Assembly (NCBI GenBank): GCA_951406725.2
Contig: OX597814.1
Coordinates: 173,786,001 to 173,850,000, forward strand
DNA: 64,000 nt
Origin: Octopus vulgaris
Taxonomy: Eukaryota
Direction of reading: 5' to 3'
Under the pieces are notes generated by a model. It was given only the letters and a program-made list of their open reading frames with translations, searched no databases and was not told the DNA's origin. Position numbers and translations under genes: made by a program. Every line of letters begins with the position of its first letter. Within the stretch, counting starts at the first letter, position 1. Positions 38,685-51,947 of this stretch are shown here, piece after piece.

Positions 38685-39100
38685 GGATCTTTTCGGTTTG
38701 AACGGCAGTTTTTAAAAATAATTTCCACGTAACTAAACACTTCTAAACTTCGTATACTGGTAGAATGTGTTTATAAAGCATCTTTTTCTCTTGGCTTTAT
38801 TGAGAGAATTCTACAGTTTGTAAGATATTTGTTGTTGTTTTTTCTTCAATTTCTGCAATTTCAACCAATCAATGACGTCTATTGAGGTGAAAACATTCAG
38901 TGCCGTATGAATATGTCCCTCGTTTAAGAAACAGATTGGGTTTATTTACATTTCTGAAGAAAAAAGATACCCTTCCCCCACCCCTAACCCTAACCCTAAA
39001 ACAGATTGAAATGCAATAGATCGATACTAGGGTCATAATTATGGGTGAAAATTTCATATGACACCGCTAGAAAAAACTGCCGTTCAAACCGAAAAGATCC
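38685..39100. mobile_element. Merlin-like MITE with internal (CCCTAA)3
   Basis: TIR ggatcttttcggtttgaacggcagttttt and its exact inverse; 8-bp TSD ctcacatc. Confidence 0.88.
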
Positions 39101-39259
39101 CTCACATCAAATTGCCGAACTCTCCTTGGTTTTTTCCAAGTGGTGTTTCTTTACAGTGAGACTAAATATGTGTTTATTTAACATATTGTATTGTTTTCCA
39201 TATCCCTGTTTTTAAAACGATTCTGTATTGGTCCTAGAGTTATTAATATACTTGCGTCG

Positions 39260-39812
39260 TGAAGGCGGTGAGCTGGCAGAAACGTTAGCATGCCGGGCCA
39301 AATGCTTAGCAGTATTTCGTTTGCCGCTACGTTTTGAGTTCAAATTACGCCGAGGTCGATTTTGCCTTTCATCCTTTCGGGGTCGATTAAATAAGTACCA
39401 GTTACGCACTGGGTCGATATAATCGACTTAATCCGTTTGCCTGTCCTTGTTTGTCCTCTCTGTGTTTAGCCACTTGTGGGTGGAAAAGAAATAGGTATTT
39501 CGTCTGCCGCTACGTTCTCAGTTCAAATTCCGCCGAGGTCGACTTAGCCTTTCATCCTTTCGGGGTCGATAAATTAAGTACCAGTTACGCACTGGATCGA
39601 TGTAATCGACTTAATCCCTTTGTCTGTCCTTGTTTGTTCCCCCTATATTTAGCCCCTGTCTTTACGTTCTAAGTTCAAATTCCGCCGAGGTCGACTTTGC
39701 TTTTCATCCTTTCGGGATCGATAAATTAAGTACCAGTTGCGTACTGATGTCGATCTAATCGACTAGACTCCTCCCAAAAATTTCGGGCCTTGTGCCTAGA
39801 GTAGAAAGGAAT
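39260..39812 (+). mobile_element. Tandem trimeric family-N SINE
   Basis: Three successive agttcaaatt.cgccgaggtcga...cctttcggg.tcgat units. Confidence 0.85.
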
Positions 39813-40462
39813 ATATTAGCGTCGTACCAGTAAAAAATGATGAAGTTTATTGTTGTTCATTTCAGTTATTCTTAAACTTTCTGCTTCATTCTGTCCGAAA
39901 CACCAAATACTCTTCTCTTTCTAACATCCAAACTAAACTCTACCTAGCCGTAGCTATCTCAACACCTTTTGGTTTGTTCAATCACAATCTTATCACGACT
40001 ACCCACTACAATCAACGTATTATACAACTTCCGCTCTCTCTGATTTTATTATACTTCAAATCAACTGATTGTTAAGAGCTCCGCCAATTCTATGCTAGTT
40101 ATCTTTGGTAGCACATATGCTTCACCCATCAGAAACAGCTCGGCAGATGACTGAAGTCATCAACCGAGCAATTAAAATAATACATATATCAGCGACAGAG
40201 GCAGTGTTAACACCGAGCAGGGATGATCTGTTAGAACAAACTATACTGCGGTAGACACCATGAGATAAAATATCATATTGGCTTTTGGTGCAAAATGAAC
40301 GCTTGTTTATAGCGCTAGCCAGGAGAGAAATCCCCTCCATCTACAGCGTCGAGACAACCAGATCACGTGATTTAGACCTTCTAAGAAGATCACGTGATTT
40401 AGACCTTCTAGAAGAATGGTGTCAGAACAGGCATTGGTGTCGCGATTAGCCTGTGATCTTGT

Positions 40463-40514
<52 letters not shown>

Positions 40515-40652
40515 CAACAGAGTCAGTATTGATAACGTGGGGTAATATTTATGCCCGCTTAAACGTGGATGTTCTCACGCACACAACAAAAATTCACTGT
40601 CCCCAGTCCCTCATAGCTGAGCTGCAACCTTTCCAACTGGGTTTTGGGTATT

Positions 40653-40724
<72 letters not shown>

Positions 40725-41371
40725 CACAGCATCGTCAGCAATTCCTTAGAGTTGAGGATGATTCTCTACCAGATTTAATTCCCGTGGAACTGTGAGTGAA
40801 TATGTACATCAAAGTAGGATTCATAAGTTCGATCTCAGTTCGAGAGTAGTTGCTGTCTATACACATTCATGCGCTTTATAGAAGAATAAAGACAACACTG
40901 ACTTTTATCAAACAACTTTAGCTATTTGCATCAAATCATGATTTCATAAACTCGGATGACCAGAGGTTTAGTTATAAAGTATTTAAAATCCGAACTTTAA
41001 TTACACTAGAATAGCAATTTACAAAAGGAAATAAGCGATAACACGACAAATGAGTCAAGAAAAGAAATCATACAAAAACTAAGCATAAATGGAATTTTCC
41101 TATAAAAAATTTAAGGTATTAATGGCTGAGACACAAGAACAGCCAAGCACAAAATATCTATGATGACATAGCGGCCTGACTCCCATAAACCTCTCAAATG
41201 TCACACGTTGAAAAATGAATGCAAAAATGCTATGCTAGTATATTTTACATGGTGATGGATCATTAAAGTCATGTAATAATAGATGACTACTCAGATATTT
41301 GAAGTACTCTACTATTTTCACTATTTGTTCATATACCCGAATCGCTAAACTGAGTTTTTGTTTGTTGGAAG

Positions 41372-42945
41372 TAAGGGTTATAAATAATTGATTGGAACCT
41401 TTCCAATCAATTGTTTTCCCAGCAATCAATTAATTTTAATTGGGATACAGGCCAATCAATTATTGCAATTAATTGTCAATTATTTTGCCGAATGTAAAAA
41501 CACCATATATTTTGGAGTGTTAACTTCGATTTAGATAAGAGCCAAAATTATAGGAAAATAAAAGACACGTCTTATAGTTTCAAAAACCTTTATTATCAGA
41601 AAACGTTCAAAGTTCAGTTTTATTGATTTAGAATAGGGAACAAACAACATGTATACTCTACATTGTACAGTAGTTGGAAAACAAATAAGTCAAAGGTCTT
41701 TAACTGAAAGAGTTTCTCAAACGAGTAGCACAATTAAAATGTTCTAATATAGCAAAAGGTCATGAACGATTACAGATTTATGAAACTAGGTCTTCATCCC
41801 AGAAAGCGCGATTGACTTTTAGAAATAATTACATATTTAAATTCATTGGTGTTAAGTATTGCCGAAAATCATTAAAAGCGTAACTTGCTGAGCTGAATAA
41901 ACGTTCCAAGATGTTGGACGTAGGTAACAAAAATTCTACAATTCAGATATTGTTGAAGTGAAATTTTTATCTTTTTTGTGTTTTTTCAAACAAACTGAAG
42001 CAAAATCATCATCTTCTACAGATAAATCAGACCGTTGTGACGTCATCATTCATCATTGTTCGACCGTGGTCGAGACAATGGAATTTACCATGCTACGCCA
42101 GACTTCACGATCCATCATGGCATTACGGAGGTCCTGTTGCTGGATGCCTGTATCCCTGGAGATTACATCAGGGTAGGAGAGTGTGCGCCCTCTGGTATTA
42201 CGAGTAGATGGCTTCCAGAGAAGAGTAGAAATTACTTCTTTTTCAGCTCTACAACAATGTCCAGCAAACTGGACTCTCCTACCTTTCACAAGAGATGACA
42301 CAGGTGGTAGTTTCCCATATATTTGCATTTTGGTTGGATGGCGCTTCCACGAGAGATTTTGAGCTCTCATAAGGAGGCGAGTGTAGGTTCCATCCAGCCG
42401 CCTCTCAAGCTTCTTGCCTGTCACCACTTTCAGCTGACGTAGAGCAGACACTTCATCTGCAGCTAGCTCTACTTCTGCCTGTTGTAAAATTTTCACAACT
42501 CCACATTCAAAATTTGGGCTGTGCACAATGGCTGCCGATCGAAGCAAAGATTTCTTAAACTCCTCGTAAGGATACAATGCGAAACTTTCGTCAAAAAGAA
42601 TTCTAGCATCTCCCAGATCTATTTCTGTTCTTTGCAAGGTGACTGTTACTGAGCGTAACTTTCCTAAATTGTCTTTTAGAGTCTGCAGATCATTATGATC
42701 GCTTGGAGTCAACAGATAATCAAATCACCAGCTTTAGTTCGCCTTGAAAAGAGTCTAAAAACGGCTTGAGTTAGATGTACCTCTCAATCATGTCATAAGT
42801 ACTGGACCAACGAGTTTTATTTGTATAGGTTGCAAAGGCGGTTTTTGCCGAAGTTTTCCCGCAAGTTTTGATGATTTTAGCTTCCCCATCAACATATTAA
42901 TTTTATCAAGCAGAAACAGTTGGATTAAATTTATGAGACTTGTGA
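41372..42945 (-). mobile_element. Decayed hAT transposon
   Basis: Minus-strand fragments KTRWSSTYDMIERY, LQRTEIDLGDARILFD..IVHSPNFECGVVKI and the dimerisation-type motif PTSNILERLFSSA..LFLKVNRAFW, with frameshifts and stops. Confidence 0.85.
42043..42417 (-). mobile_element. 5'-truncated RTE-like LINE inserted in the hAT transposase
   Basis: KKLERRLDGTYTRLLMRAQNLSWKRHPT..RRVQFAGHC..MMDREVWR, stop codon, then a (tga)n tail. Confidence 0.85.
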
Positions 42946-42984
42946 GTGAATTTAGTAGATGGAAAAAAAGCCCGTCGTATATTC

Positions 42985-43079
<95 letters not shown>

Positions 43080-43461
43080 CATCAATGTGTGTTTTGATAT
43101 TCGTGTTTATTTCCCCCCCACTATCACTTGGCAACCAGTGTTGGTTTGTTTTCGACCTGTAATTTAGCGTTTCGGCAAAAGAGAAAGATAGAATGAGTAC
43201 CAGGCTTAAAAAATTAAAGTACTGGGGTCGATTTGTCCGATTAAACCATTCCAGGCTGTGCCCCAGGATGGCCATAGTCCAAAGACTGAAGCAAGTAAGA
43301 GGCAAAACATCATCATTTGCGTACTGAAGATCCATCACCAATGGAGTCGTGTTTTTGCCCTAGCAAAATGCCTACCTGAATGGAATTGCTTGCGGTCTGC
43401 GATATGAAAACTGGACGGCAGATAGACATTTACCCATAGTGAGCCTGAGCATAGTTTAGGT

Positions 43462-44581
43462 CAGCGTTTCTCAACCGTTTTTAACCTACGGACCCCTTTG
43501 ATTCCTCTTTTACTCAGATGGACCCTCCTAGCTTTTCGATGTTAAAAAAAATAATTCCATTATAATTTTATAATTAAATATTATTAGAAATTGTGTAAAA
43601 ATGATAAAATACTTTGATGTATTGTAGAAGTACTAGGTGTAGTCAAGAAGTATCCGACCTTTGGCCAAAAAAAAAAAACCCCAAAAGCAAATCAAGTAAT
43701 ATTAAAAAACACACCATTTTGATTTAGTCTCCTTCAAAGTATCTGCCTTAGGAGTCTACATATTTCTGTCAGCGTTCCTGCCACTGCTGGAAGCATTTCA
43801 GGAAATCACTTTTTGGAATGCTGTAGAGTTGTTCCGTCGAATTTTGCTTAATGTCCTCTGTTGACTCGAATCTTTTCCCTTTGAGTGTTTTTTTTTTTAG
43901 CTTTAGGAATAGCTAAAAGTCACACGGAGCCATGTTTGGGGAGTAGGAAGTCTGACGAACAAGTGGTGTGTTTTGCTTCACAAAAAATGCTTAGGTGACG
44001 TGGGCGGAATGAGTTATTTGCTGCCCACAAGTCGGGGCGTTTTCGCTGCACAGTTTCACGAAGGTAGTATTCTTTGTTGTCTGGTCACAATGTGGCTCAC
44101 TGTCCACTTAGGTGCGGCCGTCTTTATTTGTGTTTTTCCCATAGTATCATATCCAAAGGCCTTCTGAATCTTCTCGATAGTCTGGGCTTGCGAATCACTA
44201 AGATTTTGACAGAATTTGATACACTATTTTTGCTCAATGCGCTTGGTCATCTCAACTTAAAAAGAAAAATCGACGGCACACTCTTCACGTCTGTACTCAA
44301 CGCGTCACTGCAGACGAATGGCAGACACGAAAATTTTTGCGTATATTCAGGAAGAACGCGGCCACCTAATACCCATGCGGATTTTGCTTACGCATTATAA
44401 TTTTAAATAATTATAATTATAAATCAAGGTCTGATACTGTTTGACTACACCTCGTATAACTAATTTTTTCAAGATAAATATTTCAACAGTAAGATCTTAT
44501 ATGGATCCCCAAGGTCTATGCGACCCACCAAGAGCCATACTGACTCCCAAGGACCATGTGGAATCCCGTTGAGAACCACTG
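43462..44581. mobile_element. hAT (Charlie-like) MITE containing a nested mariner
   Basis: cagcgtttctcaacc ... gttgagaaccactg with TSD gtttaggt/gtttagat; same family as 3337-3655. Confidence 0.85.
43633..44454 (-). mobile_element. Internally deleted mariner
   Basis: TA|ctaggtgtagtcaagaagtatc.gacct ... aggtctgatactgtttgactacacctcg|TA, with decayed transposase fragments. Confidence 0.85.
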
Positions 44582-44989
44582 GTTTAGATACAGAAAGAAA
44601 ATAGCTTAGTAGTTATCACATACCCAGCATTTAGTGAGTTCTCACTTCAAACTTGCCTTTTGTGATATACGCTTCGACTTTCATGATGTCATGCAGATGA
44701 CACGTGGTTGCGATTATTCTTATAAGGAACAAAGTTGAATTAGTCATTTTCTCGGAGGTTCATGATTTACAGAATCACATGACTCGTTGAGGTTACAGAA
44801 ATCTATCTATCTATTTATCGATCGATTGATAGATAGATACATACATACATACAGACAGACACATGCACGCACACGCGCACACACACGCGCAAGCGCGTAT
44901 ATTACTAAATTAAGAGAAGTGACTATGACCTTTGTAGGTACTCAGAGATCTATGAGCTTGAAGCAGTCAATTTTCCGTTTAAATCATAG

Positions 44990-45190
44990 CAAGTCAGCAC
45001 TTCCATGAAAGACATAGGCAGAGAACAGATCCCAGAGCACCGATGTTCTTTGGCAGGAGGGCGGGGAATAAAAGTAAGTGCGGGGTTGCGTGAGGTGGAG
45101 TGCAACATAGGAAACCGGAGATGGATAGATCAGTGGGCCGAGGTTACTGAAAGGAGAACGGACGAGATCAGCCGGTTCCAAGTAGGGATA

Positions 45191-45231
<41 letters not shown>

Positions 45232-45480
45232 TAGACAGAGAGGGTGGGTGGGGGCAACACACCTGTGCACCGGGGGTTACATGTCAGTGATTTTATCTCA
45301 ATCAGTCGAGAGATTCCCTTTTGGATACAGTCTGTTTAAGATATCTGTGTGTGTTGTAGCACTGTCCCAGATGTGGGACCAGTGATTCTCTTAGGGTCGA
45401 ACTTGAGTCTTGTGGAGGATCAGCAGTTGTTGGGGGCTGAAATATTTTCTGAAACTAAAAAGAAGGGCCAGTCTGTGGAA
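44990..45480 (-). mobile_element. Decayed CR1/Jockey-group LINE 3' fragment
   Basis: Minus strand resembles [18 protein letters not shown]; interrupted by (GA)n. Confidence 0.55.
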
Positions 45481-45499
45481 CATGTCCCCGCTCTACCCT

Positions 45500-45559
45500 C
45501 TGCACACACACACACACACACACACACACTCTCTCTCTCCATCTATCTACCTTTTCATC

Positions 45560-45623
<64 letters not shown>

Positions 45624-45693
45624 TCTGTATATCTAAATGTGTGTGTATACACATTTATGTAAGTATATATATATATGCATATACATATAAGTA

Positions 45694-45743
<50 letters not shown>

Positions 45744-45817
45744 CATATATCTGTATATCTATGTGTGTGTGTATACACATTTATGTAAGTATATATATAT
45801 GCATATACATATAAGTA

Positions 45818-45856
<39 letters not shown>

Positions 45857-45964
45857 GCATATATATGTATATATATATGCATATATATATATATGTGTGT
45901 GTGTGTGCATGTATGTATATATACTTGTGTGTGTGTATATAGACAGACAGACAGACAGACAGAC

Positions 45965-46025
<61 letters not shown>

Positions 46026-46055
46026 TACGTATAGATACATATACACACACTTCGT

Positions 46056-46110
<55 letters not shown>

Positions 46111-46145
46111 GTATGTGTGTGTGTGTGTATGTGTGTGTGTGTGTG
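45500..46145. repeat. Compound microsatellite block with an internal duplication of about 120 bp
   Basis: (CA)n, (TA)n, (GACA)n, (GATA)n and (CT)n; the unit atatctgtatatct..tacacatttatgtaagtat..aagtatattt occurs twice. Confidence 0.9.
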
Positions 46146-48274
46146 GAGTTTGATCATGCACGAACAGATAGTGCAAATTTTAAAATTTAATTTTTAATTT
46201 CATTTTAAATTTAATCAATTTTTTAATTTGTCATTTGAAGAATATTTAAATTGTTATTTTCGATAAAAATGTTATTGCGAAAAAAAAAATTGTTTAAAAT
46301 ATTAATAATCATAAATCTTTTCTTTTTTGTTTTCATTCCAATAATTAAACAAAACATTCAATGTAAGATACTTGTTAAATGTAATGACAGAATTGGAAAG
46401 TGAAACAAAAATAATAATAATCATAAAATAAAGAAACAACTATGGAAACGGAAAGACATTTCACTCGACTAATGCGGAAATGTGTTCAAAAGTGAAGTGT
46501 TTAATTTGTCACCGTAAAGTGTCATTCCGCCACCGTCACCATCACTGAAATATCAATAGCAGCACAGGAGTGTCGTCTAATTGATGTTTCAATTTTCTAC
46601 AAATCGCGAAGGTTTTGGCTTTGTGACACTCTGTGGTACCAACTAAATATTATGGCTAAATCATCGAGATACAGCGACCAATCAGCTAGTGCTTTATAAA
46701 TAGCTTCTTGATGTGCTAAGCAAAAATAAAAATAATAAAACCTTTTAGTATGGTGTTCGGAGGGCGTTTGGTATATAGGATGTCAACAAACTTTTAATTT
46801 TCGGTCGCTGGATAATCAGACCTGGATTTTTCTAACTATATCACCTTATTGGTAAGTTTAACTATTTTCTCCCAGTTCTTCCCTCCATTGGTAATATTAC
46901 CCAAAGATTCTACTAAGATGTTGATGAATTCTAAATGTTTTAAGACATATCGATCGCAAATGATGGTTGCTATTGATAACAACATTTGTTTTCTTACCAT
47001 TTGATTTTCATGTTACAAAGTATTATTTATAAATCAATGCGTGGCTTTTGCGTAATTTCTAGTCTTCTAATTGCTACTTTCGACGGAATATTATGCGATT
47101 TCTCTGCCACATTCTTCAATAACAAATTCCATTTTAGCTCGGTTCTTGTAGCTGGCCTGATACAAGTACTTCCCCATACCCTGTCTGAAAATAGTCGATT
47201 TTTCGGCAGACAACTGGATCTTGTATTAACGACTTGGAAACATGTTTTAATAAACCTGATTGTATACGCGCACATAGAATTATAAAAGATAAATATCATT
47301 TAAAACTTGTATTTACATTTTCCGTATTACAGCTGGTGCTTTCCATACTGTGTCATGAAGCACCGCATCGCTTTGAAATGCTAGTATTTTCCGTATATTA
47401 TGTACATATATATTTCGACATCAGATCAACTTTTTTTTCTTTTTTTTTTGCGAAGCCCCTTTGATATATTTATAACCAATTAAATGGATGTCGTTTATCC
47501 AGCTTTATTTTTATTTACAAATAGAATTGATATATATTTGTGTCTGCAATATAAAGAATATTTCAACAATTTTACCATGTACTTTCACCGACAACTTATC
47601 GCTTTTTAATTAAGTTTATTTCACACACCTTTATTTCCATTTCTCTTTCATTCTTTCTCCTCCCACACACAATTTAATGGATTATATTAATAATTATCTA
47701 ATATTATTTATTTGTTTATCTATAAAAAAACATTTTCGAATCTGGATGTCTGAAGGTACTTATATTTATTTCTATTTTCTACACAATGCAATCTGTAAGG
47801 CTGACTACACATCTGTCTGTTAGGCAGGCTTCTATAAGTATGCCAGCTCACCTCCTTGTCTCTACTCTGGCATCTTTTAATTCATCTGTACAACTGTCTC
47901 CTGTCTGACTGTCATTCCTACTGTTTCGTGTCAGAAAAACAACCACTCGCATCTTCTCTTCAAATTACATTCCTTAGATACATCTATTCTTACACATCTC
48001 AGCATTTTTTCCCCACCAACCTCTGTTTTTATGCTTTACTCCATTCTTGTAATAGCGTGTGTGTGTATGTGCGCCTTGCCTTGTTTATTGACATGTAAGC
48101 TTTAGATTATCAACAAACGGATTTTATTTACGTTTTCTAAACAAATCACAATTTTATTTGTTTATTTATTTATCAATCCAAACAGTGCTAATCCACTTTT
48201 GTTAAATATATTAATCACAATTATTATTAGTAAGCTACAAAACCACATAGGTGCGAGGGCTGTAGTCGATTTAA

Positions 48275-48363
48275 GGCGGAGGTAAAGAATACGCACACCA
48301 CCCGTTTTTCGGCTGTTGGGGTTAGGGTTACACCGAAAACGTGTGGTGTGCATATTCTTTACC
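48275..48363. mobile_element. Small MITE with telomere-like core
   Basis: ggtaaagaatacgcacacca / tggtgtgcatattctttacc arms, internal ggggttagggtta, 9-bp TSD tcgatttaa. Confidence 0.75.
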
Positions 48364-50672
48364 TCGATTTAATCGATCTAAATTCTCGACTTGTACTCCT
48401 TTCATCGGTCCCGGAAAGATAAAAGGCAAAGCCAACTCCATTGTAATTTGAACTCGGAGATAAAGGAAGTATTTAGATACTGTGGTATGTTAACCGAAAC
48501 CGTTTGAATAAATTGTGCCGCACAAATGTAGGTGTCTTAGAAATGGATTTCTAAGACACCAACATGGAGCACTGTAAAAACAGCTCTATTTTCTTGTGGT
48601 TTCCTCCCACTTTTGACTGTTTACCTTCGTCCAAATCTCAACGTGTTACTTTCTATATAAATATTAACAATAGTAAAAACTCAATTAGATGACTCACCTT
48701 ATGTCTGTGCGGTGTGTATGTGTAGATATTTAATTACAATACAATCTGTTTCTTTCGAGAAAGAACGAAAAACTAGCACTTGAACGTTTAAGATGTTTTT
48801 TTTTTCTTTTTTAATAAATTCTGAGAAGTTTTAGAAAATCTCTTTTATCTCTCTTTTGATATATTTTTTATGTTATTATTTTTGTATGACTTTAAAAAAA
48901 GTTGTATTCATTTTCTTTTCACAATTTAGCACTTTTTTTTTCTTGTTAAACGAAAATACTTCTTATGTAGATAACACTATCTGAGCAGATTATAGTTGGA
49001 ACTAAATCTTGAATTTTATTTGTTCATATGATCAGTGCCAATTTATTTGAAACTATGTAGTCTGCTGTTGACTTGGCTGCAAAGAAGAGAACACGCTGTG
49101 TTGTTGTTTATATATTTATTTATTTTAAACTTACTATTTCTCCATTTATTCATAACACAATAACAGGCAATGATAATTGGGCAATGTTTCGTTGCCACGA
49201 GGGCTCCTTCAATAACGCTATAAGATTATAATTCGATCTAGTGTTTGCAAAATTAACGAGAAATCTTAAGTAAGATTTCATACACACGTTTTTGTAATGA
49301 GTATACATACCCAAAGGAATGCAATAGATTAATAAATAAATAAATAAATAAGAACAGCTGCGTGTGGAGGATCTGAGTATTCTCAATACCCCAATTACTC
49401 TTTACTCTTAGCAAATGTCTTCTCAATCTACCGTTCATGCTAAACTGAAGGTTTGAAACGAGCCTGCGAGTAAGTCTCAATGTCGTCGTTCTTATGCTAG
49501 AAATAGCAGCCAAATCTCACACATTACACATTACCGTTTCAGAAAAAGTATGTGGTCCAGGATAAAATACGAGATGATCACGGTTGAAGGACTTTGATCA
49601 TGGTTAAGTTCGATCAGGACTGACCTGGAGCTAAAACTAAAGGTTTCAATTTTTGTCATAAATTTTATCTGGGCGAAGTGAAGGATTCCTCGCTAAGAAG
49701 TTGATGTCATATACAAATGTGTGTGTGTGTGGGGGGGTGCCTGTGTGTCGGACGGGAAGACTTGATATCAGCTCTATCTCATTAACTGGTTTGCCTCATT
49801 TTCTGTAATCACTGTATATGACATCCTTTAATGAAAGGGAAATCAACCCGATTGAACACGCTTTGATCAAAACATGTTTCAGCTGTAACAAACCTGTATT
49901 TTTCTTCCTTTTTTTTTCAGTTTTAGTGCATCGTCCAATACACCCTTTCCTTTTTAAGGTGGGATGGTGTGATTTGTGCCATTTCTAGCAAACAGATCAA
50001 CCATATAGGGTAACCTAACAAGATAATCCATCCGTAATAAAAGATATTCAACATAAAACCTCTAGCTTGTAGGTCACTGTACAAGTGCATAAAAGAAGGC
50101 TTTAATGGAATTCTCTCTCTCTCTCTCTCCCTTCACACACACACATTTTTGGCATTGGACAAAATAGTTAAGTACCAAAGAGTTATTTAATCAGTTGAAA
50201 GTACATCCTTAATGAGAAGAAAAATAATTAGCATTAACCACAGTTCTTGTCAATGAAGGCAAGGGAGATAATTCAAATGTTTAAATTGATTGAAAAAATA
50301 GAAACGTACTGGGGCATAAGTTTGATCTTTGATAAGAACTATGTTGACTCTGGACATGCACAGCCAAGTGTAATCTAACACAATTGTTCTCAAAGTGTCT
50401 GTTATCAGACCCTCACCGAAATATTAGAGAAATTCCCCCACAGTTGTTTTTATCAGTGACATGATGGAGTAGAGTTTACATCTAGATAATATTTTTTTTT
50501 TCAGTCCTCTCATTCTCTGAGAAACAATGTTGATTTTGTTTTTTTTTCTATGTGAAAATTATTCAGTAGTTAGGCATTGTTAAAATAATGACATTGTGAA
50601 AATTTCTCAAGAATGTCTTCTGCATGAAGAATATATAGTTAAGTGCAGGCTTCTTTTGGTTTTCATCAACCA

Positions 50673-51947
50673 AAGGCGGCGAGCTGGCAGAAACGTTAGC
50701 ATGCCGGGCGAAATGCTTAGTGGTATTTCGTCTGCTGCTACGTTCTGAGTTCAAATTCCGCCAAGGTCAACTTTGCCTTTCATCCTTTCAGGGTCTATTG
50801 AATAAGTACCAGTTACGCACTGGGGGTCGATATAATCGACTTAATTCATTTGTCTGTCCTTGCTTGTCCCTTCTGTGTTTAGCCCCTTGTGGGTAGTAAA
50901 AAAATAGGTTTTTATCAACCAGATCCATTCACAAGGCTTTGATCAGCCCTGGGCTATAGTAAAAGAGGCTGGCTCAAGGGACTGAACCTGAAACCATGGG
51001 GTTTGGAAGCAAACCTGTTAACCACACAGCACACATAAACATAAATACTTCACATGTTTTAGTTCACATTTATCTATTATCTTTTACTTGTTTCAGTCAT
51101 TAGATTGTGGCCATGCTGGAGCACAACCTTGAAGAAGTATTTTTCGTTGAATGAATCGACCCCAGTACTTTCTTTTTTTCAAGCCTGGTATTTATTTTAA
51201 CTAAGTTATGGGGATGGAAACACAACAACACTAGTTGTCAAGCAATGCTTGGGTCATTCTCAGACACACACACAACAGGATTCTTTCAGTTTCCATCTAC
51301 TAAATCCACTCACAAAGCTTTGGGTCAGCCCGAGGCTATAGTTGAAGATACGTGCCCAAGGTACCATACAGTGGGACTGAACCTGAAACCATGTGATTGG
51401 GAAGCAAACTTCTTACCACACAACCATACCTGCACTTATTCTAACATGTTTTCAATTAGATAACCAGCCTCAAAATTTGTAAAAAAAAAACCTGCATTAG
51501 TGGAATACAGACGTAGCATATAGAGTCATATAAGGCGGCGAGCTGGCAGAAACGTTAGCACGCCGGGTGAAATGCATAGCTGTATTTCGTCTGCCATTAC
51601 GTTCTGAGTTCAAATTCTACCGAGGATGACTGTGCCTTTCATCCTTTCGGGGTCGATTAAATAAGTACCAGTTACGCACTGGGGTCGATGTAATCGACTT
51701 AATACCTATATCTGTCCTTGTTTGTCCCATCTATGTTTAGCCCCTTGTGGGTAGTAAAGAAATAGGTATTTCGTCTGTCGTTACGTTCTGAGTTCAAATT
51801 CCACTGAGGTCAACTTTGCCTTTCATCCTTTCGGGGTTGATAAATAAAGTGCCAGTTTCGCACTGGGGTCGATGTAATCGACTTAATCCCTTTGTCTGTT
51901 CTTGTTTGTCCCCTCTATGTTTAGCCCCTTGTGGGCAGTAAAGAAAT
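50673..51947. mobile_element. SINE cluster (family N 50673-50908 and dimer 51533-51947; family V 51080-51435)
   Basis: Family motifs as described above. Confidence 0.8.

Noticed and set aside
38982-38999. Interstitial telomere or chromosome-fusion site
   Set aside because: Only three units, lying inside a TSD-flanked MITE.
45349-46050. Numerous YIYI/THTH/CVCV ORFs here and elsewhere
   Set aside because: They are microsatellite read-through, not genes.
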